DNA from: an uncultured delta proteobacterium
GTDB taxonomy: Bacteria; Myxococcota_A; UBA9160; SZUA-336
Length of the DNA: 64,000 nucleotides
Direction: 5' to 3'
Assembly (NCBI GenBank): GCA_963704165.1
Contig: CAVPHD010000001.1
Coordinates: 384,001 to 448,000, forward strand
The notes under the pieces: generated by a model
The model's database searches: none
Told to the model about the DNA's origin: nothing
The model's input: the letters and a program-made list of their open reading frames with translations, nothing else
Part shown: positions 52,138-61,491 of the stretch, piece by piece
Layout of the letters: every line of letters starts with the position of its first letter
Numbering within the stretch: position 1 is the first letter of the stretch
Translations under genes and position numbers: made by a program

Positions 52138-52977
52138 ATGTCCAACCCCGCGCGCGGAAACTCCGTCGTCGGCGTCGATGCGGGCGCGAGCCTCTGCAAG
52201 CTCGTCATGCCCCGCGATTCCGAGTTTCTCGCCGTGAAGTTCCCCGCGTCCGACCTGCACGGCGTGCGCACCTGCCTCGCGGAGTGGAAGCCGCAGCGCG
52301 TGATCGCGACCGGGGGTGGCGCCGCCAGGCTCGAGCGCGAGTTCACGAACCTGCGCGTGCACACCGTGCCCGAATTCGTCGCGTGGGCACGCGGAGCGCC
52401 ACTTCTCGCCGCACGCGAGGGACTCGACCTGCCTCCCCACTACCTTGTGGTCTCGCTCGGGACGGGAACCTCGGTCCTGTCGCTCGAGCGCGGCTCCGCG
52501 ACGCGCGTGGGCGGCAGCGCGCTCGGCGGCGGAACGTTGCTCGGACTGGGCCGATTGCTGCTCGGTGTGGAAACGTTCGAAGAGATCTGTGCGCTCGCGA
52601 CGCGTGGAGACCGACGACGCGTGGATCTCCTGGTCGGTGACATCTATCCGGGTGGAGAGATCCCCCTGCCCCTCGATCTGAACGCGGCCAGCTTCGCCAA
52701 GCTCGACTCGCGCGACCCCGCCGACATCGCGCACGCGTTGATGGGCATGCTCGGTGAGAACATCGCGCTGATCTGCGGCACGCTCGCGCGCAGTCACTCG
52801 GCGCAGGCGGTGGTCTACTGCGGCTCGACGCTGCTCCACAACCCGGAGCTGCGCGAGATCCTGCGCTGGGTCACCGAAGCGTACGGCGCGAAGCCGTACT
52901 TCCTGGCTCACGGGGCGTACTGCGGTGCCTACGGAGCAGCCTCGCTCGCGGACGAGATCCCGGCCCATTCAGCCTAG
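52138..52977 (+). CDS. coaW: Type II (fumble/CoaW-like) pantothenate kinase
   Basis: DAGASLCK, ATGGG, VSLGTGTS, RVGGSALGGGT and GD..VDLLVGDIY. Confidence 0.88.
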   Translation: MSNPARGNSVVGVDAGASLCKLVMPRDSEFLAVKFPASDLHGVRTCLAEWKPQRVIATGGGAARLEREFTNLRVHTVPEFVAWARGAPLLAAREGLDLPPHYLVVSLGTGTSVLSLERGSATRVGGSALGGGTLLGLGRLLLGVETFEEICALATRGDRRRVDLLVGDIYPGGEIPLPLDLNAASFAKLDSRDPADIAHALMGMLGENIALICGTLARSHSAQAVVYCGSTLLHNPELREILRWVTEAYGAKPYFLAHGAYCGAYGAASLADEIPAHSA

Positions 52978-54005
52978 TCCGGGCCCTCGCGCCGGCGCTC
53001 GAGCCGGTGCAGACGGTCGCGGAGGGTCTTGAGTTCCTCGTTGGCCTGCACGAGCCGCTGCTCGAGGTCGAGCCGAGCGCGCACCTCGTCGTCGACGCGT
53101 CTCTCGAGCAGCACCTCGGGATCGCCAACCGCGAGGATTTCGGCGGGAGTGATCTCGTCCATTCGGGCGCGGGCGAGCTCGGCCTCCTCCGCCACCTCCT
53201 CCGGGGAGAACCCCGAGAGCGATGGCACCGCTCGCTTTCTCCGCGACCACGCGATCGCGGTCACCGCTCCAATCAGAAGCATGAGCCCGATCACGAAGAC
53301 GAGCATGATGTCGGTCGGCATGAACGGGCGCGCGCTGTCGGCGGCGGGGACGGCGGACGGTTCTCGCTTCGCGGGTGCCGGTGCGGGCGGCGCGGCCGCG
53401 GGCTCGGGCGCGGCCTCGGCACCGGCATCGGCTTCGGCTTCGGCTTCGAGCACCGGCGCTTCGGGTTGTGACATCGGCTCGACGGCGGGTGCCGGTGTCG
53501 GCGCGGCGGTCGGCGCGGGTGCAGATTCGGGTTCGGGCGCGACCACGAGCGGGCCGAGCGTCGTGGCGGGCTCGAGCGCGCGAGATCCAGCCGGCGCCTC
53601 GAATGGCTCGGGTCCGGGTGGGGCGAAATCGACCACGAGCCGAGGCGGATTCGTCAGCGTGTAGGCGCGCACGTTTCGCTCGCGAGGCTCGATCGCGATG
53701 TGCGTTCCGCCCTTCATCGCGGTGACGGAGACCGTGCCCACGTGCGGAAGACCGGTCGAGATCACGCGGCTCGATTGTTCGGGCGCGGCCGCGACGTAGA
53801 AGGTCTCTTCACCCGGTTCGGGGCCCTTCTCCCAGACGACCTCGGTCTCGCTGTCGAGCTCGATCACCAGACGCTCGAAGCCCGAATGTGCGCCGATGCG
53901 GACGTCGCGAATGCGACCCGGGGCACCGCCGTCGGCGAGCGAGGGCACGGGCGCAACGGCCAGCGCGGTGAACAACGGAAGTAGGATCGAAGCTGCGCGT
54001 CTCAT
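52974..54005 (-). CDS. Single-pass membrane protein with AMIN-like N-domain, Pro/Ala linker and cytoplasmic coiled coil
   Basis: Signal peptide; VRIGAH..ERLVIE and NPPRLVVDF motifs; TM helix; heptad tail. Confidence 0.7.
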   Translation of the reverse strand: MRRAASILLPLFTALAVAPVPSLADGGAPGRIRDVRIGAHSGFERLVIELDSETEVVWEKGPEPGEETFYVAAAPEQSSRVISTGLPHVGTVSVTAMKGGTHIAIEPRERNVRAYTLTNPPRLVVDFAPPGPEPFEAPAGSRALEPATTLGPLVVAPEPESAPAPTAAPTPAPAVEPMSQPEAPVLEAEAEADAGAEAAPEPAAAPPAPAPAKREPSAVPAADSARPFMPTDIMLVFVIGLMLLIGAVTAIAWSRRKRAVPSLSGFSPEEVAEEAELARARMDEITPAEILAVGDPEVLLERRVDDEVRARLDLEQRLVQANEELKTLRDRLHRLERRREGPD

Positions 54006-54097
54006 GCACGTCATCTGCCACCTCATGGATCGGCAAGTCACCCCGTAAACTATAGTGCGCCTATGGCGGGCGCTAACACGGGCTTCGGGGCTGGCGA

Positions 54098-55141
54098 TTG
54101 AATCCGGAACGAGTGGTGCTTCTGCTGACCGAGCTCGAGCGCGCCTTTCGCGAGCTCGATCCGCCGCGCATCGCCGAACTACGCCAGGCGGTGTCGGATC
54201 CGCTCGCTCGCCTCGAAGCCGCGCCTTCGCCGACGAGCGATACGAGTCCAGCCTCTGCCCGACTCGCGGAGGCCGTCGCGATCGCCACGCGCGCGGCGCA
54301 TCTTTTCTGCGATCCGGCGCAACCCGATCAGGCGATCGCGCGCTTCTTCGGGAGTCTGTCCGAGCACGCGCGCGCGCAGGCCGCGCTCTACGCGCTGCGG
54401 CGCGAGCACGAATCGATCGGGCGCTTCTTCGCGCTTCCCGAATTCCACGATCGGCTCGACGAGCTCGATCCACCATCCGCCGATCCCGCGCACGTCGGTC
54501 TCTTCGAAACGGGAAGCTCCGCCGGAAACAGCCGCGGCACCGCGTTCTACGTGCCGGAGCGCTACGACTCGAGCCGTGCCTGGCCACTCGTGATCGCGCT
54601 TCACGGTGGTGGCGGGAACGGACGCGACTTCCTCTGGACCTGGCTTCGAGAGGCGCGCAGTCGCGGCTATCTGCTGCTCGCGCCGAGCTCTCAGGGGAGC
54701 ACGTGGAGCTTTCTCGGACCCGACGTCGATTCCGTCCGGTTGCGCGGGCTGCTCGACGGACTTTCCGAGCGTTGGAGGATCGACCGGACCCGCGTGCTCG
54801 TGACCGGTCTCTCCGACGGCGCGACCTACGCGCTCTACTTCGGCCTCTCGGCCGACGCCCCCGTCACCGCGATCGCACCGGGGGCCGGGATCCTGCACCC
54901 CGCGAATCTCCAGAACGGAAATCTCGAACGCGCGCGCGCGGTGCCGATCTACCTGATGCACGGCGCACGCGACTGGATGTTCCCGGTCCAGCTCGCTCGC
55001 GTCGCGCGCGATCTGCTCGAGCGCGCGGGCGCTCGGCTCGTGTACCGGGAGATCGCCGATCTCTCTCACGCGTGGCCGCGTGAGGAGAACGTGCGAATTC
55101 TCGATTGGTTCGCGCAATTGCATCTGCCGACGACGACGTGA
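54098..55141 (+). CDS. Phospholipase/carboxylesterase with helical N-terminal extension
   Basis: LVIALHGGGG, GLSDG, HGARD and LSHAW. Confidence 0.85.
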   Translation: MNPERVVLLLTELERAFRELDPPRIAELRQAVSDPLARLEAAPSPTSDTSPASARLAEAVAIATRAAHLFCDPAQPDQAIARFFGSLSEHARAQAALYALRREHESIGRFFALPEFHDRLDELDPPSADPAHVGLFETGSSAGNSRGTAFYVPERYDSSRAWPLVIALHGGGGNGRDFLWTWLREARSRGYLLLAPSSQGSTWSFLGPDVDSVRLRGLLDGLSERWRIDRTRVLVTGLSDGATYALYFGLSADAPVTAIAPGAGILHPANLQNGNLERARAVPIYLMHGARDWMFPVQLARVARDLLERAGARLVYREIADLSHAWPREENVRILDWFAQLHLPTTT

Positions 55142-55159
55142 CACCATCGAATCCGGCCA

Positions 55160-56299
55160 ATGGCCGCGGAGGCGCTCGTGGGCTCGAAGGCATCGCTCTG
55201 TGATCTGCTCGGAATAGAAGTTCCCATCGTGCTCGCCGGCATGGGCGGTGCGTGCACGCCCGCGCTCGCGGCGGCGGTCTCGAATGCCGGAGGGCTCGGC
55301 ATCCTCGGCGCGGCTGCGTGTCAGCCCGACGAGCTTCGCAAATGGATCGCCGAGACACGCCGTCTCACCGACAAGCCGTTCGGCGTCGATACGCTGCTTC
55401 CCGCGTCGGTGCGGCGTCAGAAGTCCGACCCGGCGAAGGGACCGTCCCCGCTCGATCGGCTCGCGCAGCTGCAGAAGTTCGCGCGCGAGTTCATGGAGAA
55501 AGAAGGGCTCGCGGTGCCCGCAGCGCTGGCCTCGCCGGTCACCGGAGGTGACAACTCCGCGCGACAGGTGTTCTCGAAGGATTTCTTCGAAGCGCAGATG
55601 GAGGTCGTGATCGAGGAGCGCGTTCCGGTGTATGCCGCGGGACTCGGTGATCCGGGTCCGTGGATCCCGCGCCTGCGCAAGAACGGGACGATCGTGATGG
55701 CGGTGATCGGCGCCGTCCGCCACGCGCGCAGGGTCGCGGAGAGCGGCGTCGACATCATCGTCGCGCAGGGTCACGACGCCGGCGGCCACAACTCGCCGAT
55801 CGGCACGATGGCGCTCATCCCGCAGGTCGTGGATGCGGTCGCTCCGATTCCGGTTCTCGGCGCGGGTGGCATCACCGACGGCCGAGGGTTGGCCGCGGCC
55901 TTGATGCTCGGTGCCGCCGGTGCCTGGATCGGCTCGGCCTTTCTCGCGACCCACGAGGCGAACATCACCGACTACCAGAAGCAGGCGATCATCGACTCCA
56001 ACGAAGAGAACACGACCGTCTCGCGCTGCGTCACGGGCAAACCCGCGCGCCTGATCCGCACCAAGTGGACCCAGGCCTGGGCGGAGAGCGGTCTCGAGGC
56101 GCTGCCCATGCCCTTCCAGAGCATCGTCTCGGGCCCGGTGCTGGCGTCCGGGATGGTGTCCAGGCGCGCCGACATCGTCGCGGGGTTCGCCGGACAGGGC
56201 ATCGGCATGATCCGATCGATCCGACCCGCGGCCGAGGTACTGCGCGAGATCGTCGAGGGCGCGCGACAGGCGCTCGGTCACGCCGGAGAGGCGCTCTAG
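55160..56299 (+). CDS. Nitronate monooxygenase/FabK family flavoprotein
   Basis: AVSNAGGLG, AQGHDAGGH, AGGITDGRG and AGQG. Confidence 0.92.
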   Translation: MAAEALVGSKASLCDLLGIEVPIVLAGMGGACTPALAAAVSNAGGLGILGAAACQPDELRKWIAETRRLTDKPFGVDTLLPASVRRQKSDPAKGPSPLDRLAQLQKFAREFMEKEGLAVPAALASPVTGGDNSARQVFSKDFFEAQMEVVIEERVPVYAAGLGDPGPWIPRLRKNGTIVMAVIGAVRHARRVAESGVDIIVAQGHDAGGHNSPIGTMALIPQVVDAVAPIPVLGAGGITDGRGLAAALMLGAAGAWIGSAFLATHEANITDYQKQAIIDSNEENTTVSRCVTGKPARLIRTKWTQAWAESGLEALPMPFQSIVSGPVLASGMVSRRADIVAGFAGQGIGMIRSIRPAAEVLREIVEGARQALGHAGEAL

Positions 56300-56353
56300 C
56301 CGAGTACCGCTCTGGTTGACCCTCCCCCGGAAACAGGTAAAGTGCGGCACCCC

Positions 56354-56662
56354 ATGTACGCGGTCGTGAGAACAGGTGGAAAGCAGGTCCGGGTCCAGCC
56401 GGGCGATCTGGTCGATCTCGACCTGATCGACGGAGAGCCCGGTCAACGCGTCGAGCTCGCCGAAGTCCTCATGATCGGCGGCGACGAGATCAAGGTCGGC
56501 CAGCCACTGGTGGTGGGAGCGCGCGTCGTCGCGACCATCCAGGGCGAGACCTCGGGTCCGAAGCTGCGCATCTTCAAGTTCAAGCGGCGCAAGCGCTATC
56601 GCCTGACGAAGGGGCACCGCCAGCACTTCACGCGCGTGAAGATCGACTCGATCGAGGTCTGA
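56354..56662 (+). CDS. rplU: 50S ribosomal protein bL21
   Basis: [11 protein letters not shown] and KGHRQ. Confidence 0.98.
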   Translation: MYAVVRTGGKQVRVQPGDLVDLDLIDGEPGQRVELAEVLMIGGDEIKVGQPLVVGARVVATIQGETSGPKLRIFKFKRRKRYRLTKGHRQHFTRVKIDSIEV

Positions 56663-56664
56663 CG

Positions 56665-56916
56665 ATGGCTCACAAGAAGGGTCAGGGCAGCACGCAGAAC
56701 GGCCGCGACAGCAACTCGCAGCGCCGCGGCACCAAGGTCTATGCCGGCCAGGCGATCCGCGCGGGCGGCATCATCGTCCGGCAGGTCGGCTCGGTGATCC
56801 ATCCGGGCCGGGGTGTGGGAATGGGTCGCGACTTCACGCTCTTCGCGCTGCGCGACGGGATCGTGAAGTTCTCCGACAGCCGGAATCAGAAGCGCGCCAG
56901 CGTGGTCGACGCCTAG
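56665..56916 (+). CDS. rpmA: 50S ribosomal protein bL27
   Basis: [16 protein letters not shown]. Confidence 0.98.
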   Translation: MAHKKGQGSTQNGRDSNSQRRGTKVYAGQAIRAGGIIVRQVGSVIHPGRGVGMGRDFTLFALRDGIVKFSDSRNQKRASVVDA

Positions 56917-56963
56917 CCTTCGAATCCGTCCCTCGGGACGGGCACCGGCTATCATCGGCGGTC

Positions 56964-57986
56964 ATGTCGTCCCCGGACTTCATCGACGAGTGCCGCATCC
57001 ACGTGAAGAGCGGCGATGGCGGGCGCGGCTGCTGTTCGTTCTGGCGTGAGAAGTACGTGCCGCGCGGCGGGCCCGACGGCGGCACCGGCGGGCGCGGGGG
57101 CTCGGTGAGTCTCGAGGCGGACAACTCGCTCGCGACGCTGCTCGACACCCACGGCCGCAAGTTCTACAAGGCCGAGCGCGGCAAGCACGGCTCGGGCGGA
57201 CGCAAGGACGGCCGCGGCGGCGAGGATGTCGTGGTCCGCGTGCCGCTTGGCACGGTCGTCAAGGACGACACGACGCGCGAGGTGCTCGTCGAGCTCGTCG
57301 AGCACGGCCAGACCTGGCTCGCGGCCCAGGGCGGTCGCGGCGGACGCGGCAACGCCTGCTTCGCCACACCGACCAACCAGGCCCCGATCACCGTCGAACC
57401 GGGCACCCCGGGCGAGGAGCGCTGGCTCCGGCTCGAGCTGAAGGTGCTGGCGGACGTCGGCCTGCTCGGTTTTCCGAACGCGGGGAAGTCGACGCTGATC
57501 TCGCGCGTCTCGGCGGCCCGACCCAAGGTCGCGAGCTACCCGTTCACGACGCTCCATCCGCACCTGGGCATGGTCGAATCCGGCGGGGCGCGCTTCGTGA
57601 TCGCCGACATCCCCGGTCTGATCCCCGGCGCGCATCGAGGCGCCGGGCTCGGACATCGCTTCCTGCGCCACGTCGAGCGCACGCGCATGCTCGTGCACCT
57701 GCTCGACCCGGAGCCGGCGCTCGCGGGCGGCGATCCGAACCGCAGTCTCTTTGGCGACTACGCCGCGCTGCGCGCGGAGCTCGCGGCCTACTCCGACGAC
57801 CTCGCGAATCGCCCCGAGATCGTCTGCATTTCGAAGGCGGACCTGGTCGCCGACGCGGACGAGCGCAAGATGATCGCGGAGGAGCTGCGCGCGCGTGGCC
57901 TGGAGCCGACCTGGATCTCGGCCGCGACCGGTGAGGGGGTCGAAGCGCTCGTTCAGCGGCTCGCGCGCGAAGTATCGCGGAGATGA
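56964..57986 (+). CDS. obgE: GTPase ObgE/CgtA
   Basis: Gly-rich Obg fold; GFPNAGKST, YPFTT and DIPG. Confidence 0.98.
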   Translation: MSSPDFIDECRIHVKSGDGGRGCCSFWREKYVPRGGPDGGTGGRGGSVSLEADNSLATLLDTHGRKFYKAERGKHGSGGRKDGRGGEDVVVRVPLGTVVKDDTTREVLVELVEHGQTWLAAQGGRGGRGNACFATPTNQAPITVEPGTPGEERWLRLELKVLADVGLLGFPNAGKSTLISRVSAARPKVASYPFTTLHPHLGMVESGGARFVIADIPGLIPGAHRGAGLGHRFLRHVERTRMLVHLLDPEPALAGGDPNRSLFGDYAALRAELAAYSDDLANRPEIVCISKADLVADADERKMIAEELRARGLEPTWISAATGEGVEALVQRLAREVSRR

Positions 57987-59101
57987 GCCGGCGCGACCTC
58001 GCGCGCGCGCAGCGCATCGTGGTGAAGGTCGGCACCGCGCTGATGACACCGGCCGGCAACGCCGTTCAGTCGCGGCTGTTCGCATCGCTCGCGAATCAGA
58101 TCGCCGCGGAAATCGCGACCCAGCGCGAGATCGTTCTCGTCGCGTCGGGCGCGGTCGGACTCGGCACGCGGCGGCTCGGGCTTGCGCAGCGCCCGCGTTC
58201 GATTCCCGGCAAGCAGGCCGCCGCCGCCGTCGGCCAGATCGATCTGTGCCGACGCTTCGAGCGGGCGTTCGCGCGCAAGGGCCTGCTCGTCGGTCAGATG
58301 CTGCTCGACCACGCCGGCTTCGCGGATCGCGAGCGCTTCCTGAACGCACGGCGAACGCTCGCGCAACTGCTCGCCGATGGCGTCGTGCCGATCATCAACG
58401 AGAACGATTCGGTCGCGACCGAGGAGCTCCGCTTCGGCGACAACGATCAGCTCGCCGCGCAGGTCGTGAACACCTGTGGCGCGGATCTCCTGATCCTGCT
58501 GACGGACATCGACGGGCTCCACGATCGCGATCCGCGCACGCCGGGCGCGGAGCGCGTTTCACTGGTGACCGAGGTGACCTCGAAGATCCTCGCGACCGCG
58601 GGCGAAGAGGGCAGCGCGATGAGCACGGGAGGCATGCGCTCCAAGCTTCTGGCCGCGCGCGCAGCGAGCCGCTTCGGGGTGCCGACCGTGATCGCCGATG
58701 GCCGCGCCCGAAACGTGCTCCGCCGGATCCTCTCCGGCGAGGACATCGGCACGCTCGTTCAGCCCGCCGGGAAGTCGCTCTCCTCGCGCAAACACTGGAT
58801 CGCCTTCACGCTCAAGCCCCGCGGTCAGCTCTCGCTCGACGCGGGCGCGGTGCGCGCGCTGCGCGAGCGAAGTGCGAGCCTGCTCCCGGCCGGCGTGACG
58901 GAGGTCTCGGGGCGCTTCGGCATCGGCGACCTCGTCGCCTGTCTGACTCCCGACGGAGAGGAGATCGCGCGCGGGCTGGTGTCCTACGACGCGCGCGAGA
59001 TCGCGCGCATACGGGGTCAGAAGACCTCCCGCATCGAGACCGTTCTCGGCTACTCGAACGGGGACGAGATCATCCACCGCGACAACCTGATCGTGTTCTA
59101 G
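57983..59101 (+). CDS. proB: Glutamate 5-kinase
   Basis: VVKVG, INEND, FGDND and TGGM; PUA domain. Confidence 0.97.
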   Translation: MSRRDLARAQRIVVKVGTALMTPAGNAVQSRLFASLANQIAAEIATQREIVLVASGAVGLGTRRLGLAQRPRSIPGKQAAAAVGQIDLCRRFERAFARKGLLVGQMLLDHAGFADRERFLNARRTLAQLLADGVVPIINENDSVATEELRFGDNDQLAAQVVNTCGADLLILLTDIDGLHDRDPRTPGAERVSLVTEVTSKILATAGEEGSAMSTGGMRSKLLAARAASRFGVPTVIADGRARNVLRRILSGEDIGTLVQPAGKSLSSRKHWIAFTLKPRGQLSLDAGAVRALRERSASLLPAGVTEVSGRFGIGDLVACLTPDGEEIARGLVSYDAREIARIRGQKTSRIETVLGYSNGDEIIHRDNLIVF

Positions 59102-59234
59102 ACGAGGCACCTCGGGCACGGCTCGGGCTGGGGTGGGCCGTGGGAGAAGAGGTTCGGGTCAGTTGCCGGTCGGCTTCGCCCGCTCTGCCGACCCTTCGCC
59201 CGAAGCGCCCGGATGCCGCTAAGATAGAGGCGAG

Positions 59235-60491
59235 ATGAGCGATTTGAAGCTCGTTACGGACCTGACGCACCGCGCCAAGGCGGCTTCGGAGCGGGTGGCG
59301 GAGCTCGCGAGCGACGTGAAGGACGTGGCTCTCCGGCTCGCCGCCGATCGCCTCGAGGCGTGCGCTTCGGCGATCGTGAGCGCGAACGCGCGCGATCTCG
59401 AAGCCGGCCGCGCGCACGGGCTCGACCCGGCGCTGCTCGATCGGCTCGCGCTCGATCCCGACCGGATCGCGGCGATCGCGAACGGGCTGCGCGAAGTCGC
59501 GGCACTCCCCGACCCGGTCGGCGAGGTGACGCGGATGTGGAATCGGCCGAGCGGGTTGCAGGTCGGCCGGATGCGGATCCCGCTCGGCGTGATCCTGGTG
59601 ATCTACGAGTCGCGCCCGAACGTGACGGCCGACGTCGCGGCGCTGTGCCTGAAGAGCGGGAACGCGGCGATCCTGCGCGGCGGCTCCGAGGCGATCCACT
59701 CCAACCGCGCGATCGCCGACGTGCTTCGCGGCGCGATCCGCGAGGCCGGCGTCCCGGAGGACGCGCTTCAGCTCGTTCAGACGACCGAACGCGAGATCGT
59801 GGACCTCTTGCTCGTCCGCGAGGACGAGATCGATCTGGTGATCCCGCGCGGAGGCGAGAGCCTGATCCGACGCGTCGCGGAGAAATCGCGGATTCCGGTG
59901 ATCAAGCATTTCAACGGCATCTGTCACGTCTATCTCGACGAGTTCGCCGAGCCGAAGATGGCGCGAGAGATCACGCTCAACTCCAAGTGCCAGCGGGTCT
60001 CCGTGTGCAACGCGGCGGAGACACTCCTGGTGCATGCGAAGCTCGCGAAGACGCTGCTCTCCGACGTCCTCGGTGCACTCGCCTCGCACGGCGTCGAATT
60101 GCACGGCTGCGAGCGAACGCGCGCCGAGTTCCCATCGGCGCTTCCGGCGAGCGAGCAGGACTATCGCACCGAGTGGTTGGCGAAGACGATGTCGGTGCGC
60201 GTGGTCGATTCGATGGATCACGCGATCGACCACATCCGCCGCTACGGCTCGAATCACACCGAGACGATCGTGACGCAGGACGTGGCACGAGCGCGCGCGT
60301 TCCTGCGGCGCGTGAACTCGAGCTCGGTCTTCGTGAACGCGAGCACGCGCTTCGCGGACGGCTTTCAGCTCGGTCTGGGCGCCGAGGTCGGCGTCTCGAC
60401 GACGAAGATGCACTGGTATGGCCCGATGGGCCTGGAGGGACTCACCACGCAGAAGTTCATCGCGTTCGGTGAGGGAACGATCCTCGAGTGA
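59235..60491 (+). CDS. proA: Gamma-glutamyl phosphate reductase
   Basis: IYESRPNV, VCNAAE and NASTRFADG. Confidence 0.98.
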   Translation: MSDLKLVTDLTHRAKAASERVAELASDVKDVALRLAADRLEACASAIVSANARDLEAGRAHGLDPALLDRLALDPDRIAAIANGLREVAALPDPVGEVTRMWNRPSGLQVGRMRIPLGVILVIYESRPNVTADVAALCLKSGNAAILRGGSEAIHSNRAIADVLRGAIREAGVPEDALQLVQTTEREIVDLLLVREDEIDLVIPRGGESLIRRVAEKSRIPVIKHFNGICHVYLDEFAEPKMAREITLNSKCQRVSVCNAAETLLVHAKLAKTLLSDVLGALASHGVELHGCERTRAEFPSALPASEQDYRTEWLAKTMSVRVVDSMDHAIDHIRRYGSNHTETIVTQDVARARAFLRRVNSSSVFVNASTRFADGFQLGLGAEVGVSTTKMHWYGPMGLEGLTTQKFIAFGEGTILE

Positions 60492-61132
60492 ACCTCGGCG
60501 TCCTCGGCGGTACGTTCAATCCGATTCACCTCGCGCATCTCCGGCTCGCCGAGGAGATGCGCGAGTCGCTTGCGCTCGAGCGGGTCCTGCTCGTGCCAGC
60601 CGGGGATCCACCGCTCAAGCACCGCGGGATCGCTCCCGCCGCACAGCGCCTCGAGATGGTGCGCCGGGCGAGCGCCACCAATCCCGCGCTCGAGACCTGT
60701 GATCTCGAAGTACGCCGCGCCGGACCGAGCTACAGCGTCGACACGCTCGCCGAGTTGCGCGCGCGGATGCCGTCGACCGCGCTCTGGTTCATCGTCGGCG
60801 CGGACACACTGCCCGATCTCGAGAAGTGGCACGATCCGGAGCGGCTCTTCTCGTTGGCCCACTTCGCGGTGGCGACGCGGCCCGGGCACCCGCAATCGCT
60901 TCGCGAGCTGCTCCCGGCTGCGCTCGCGCACGCGTTTCGGGACGGGCCGCGGGGACTCGTGCACACGTCCGGCAACGAGGTCCGCGCAATTCCGTTCACA
61001 CCGCTCGCGATCTCCGCGTCGGACATCCGACGGCGGGTCGCCCGCGGCGCGTCGATCCGGTATCTCGTCCCCGACGAGGTACTCGAATACGTCCGGAAGC
61101 ATCAACTCTATCGAGAGAAGGAAACCGATTGA
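60488..61132 (+). CDS. nadD: Nicotinate-nucleotide adenylyltransferase
   Basis: GGTFNPIHLAH and ISASDIR. Confidence 0.97.
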   Translation: MNLGVLGGTFNPIHLAHLRLAEEMRESLALERVLLVPAGDPPLKHRGIAPAAQRLEMVRRASATNPALETCDLEVRRAGPSYSVDTLAELRARMPSTALWFIVGADTLPDLEKWHDPERLFSLAHFAVATRPGHPQSLRELLPAALAHAFRDGPRGLVHTSGNEVRAIPFTPLAISASDIRRRVARGASIRYLVPDEVLEYVRKHQLYREKETD

Positions 61133-61491
61133 CGTCAAAACAGATGGCTCTGCGGCTCGCCACGGCGATCGACGACAAGAAGGGCGCGGAGGTGCGGGTG
61201 CTCGACCTGCGCAACATCTGCGGATTCGCGGACTACTTCGTGCTCGCGACCGGAACCTCCGCGCGGCACGTCCGCGCGCTCGCGGACACGGTGATCGATG
61301 TCGCCACGATTTGCGGCGCGAAGCCGAGGGGCATCGAGGGAAAGCCGGTCGGCACGTGGGTGCTGGTCGATCTCGGCGATGTCGTGGTGCACGTCTTTCA
61401 GGAAGAGCAGCGCGAGTTCTTCGGACTCGAACGACTCTGGGGTGATGCCGAAGCTCTTTCCGTCGAGCATTCGGCCGGAGCCGCTTCGTGA
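61129..61491 (+). CDS. rsfS: Ribosome silencing factor
   Basis: DKKG, ADYFVLATG, WVLVDLGDVVVH and LERLW. Confidence 0.95.
   Translation: MTSKQMALRLATAIDDKKGAEVRVLDLRNICGFADYFVLATGTSARHVRALADTVIDVATICGAKPRGIEGKPVGTWVLVDLGDVVVHVFQEEQREFFGLERLWGDAEALSVEHSAGAAS

Noticed and set aside
53340..53540. Short tandem repeats (GGCTTC units; CCG/GCG-rich)
   Set aside because: They encode the EAEAEA and PAPA linker of a membrane protein; not a CRISPR array or a VNTR system.
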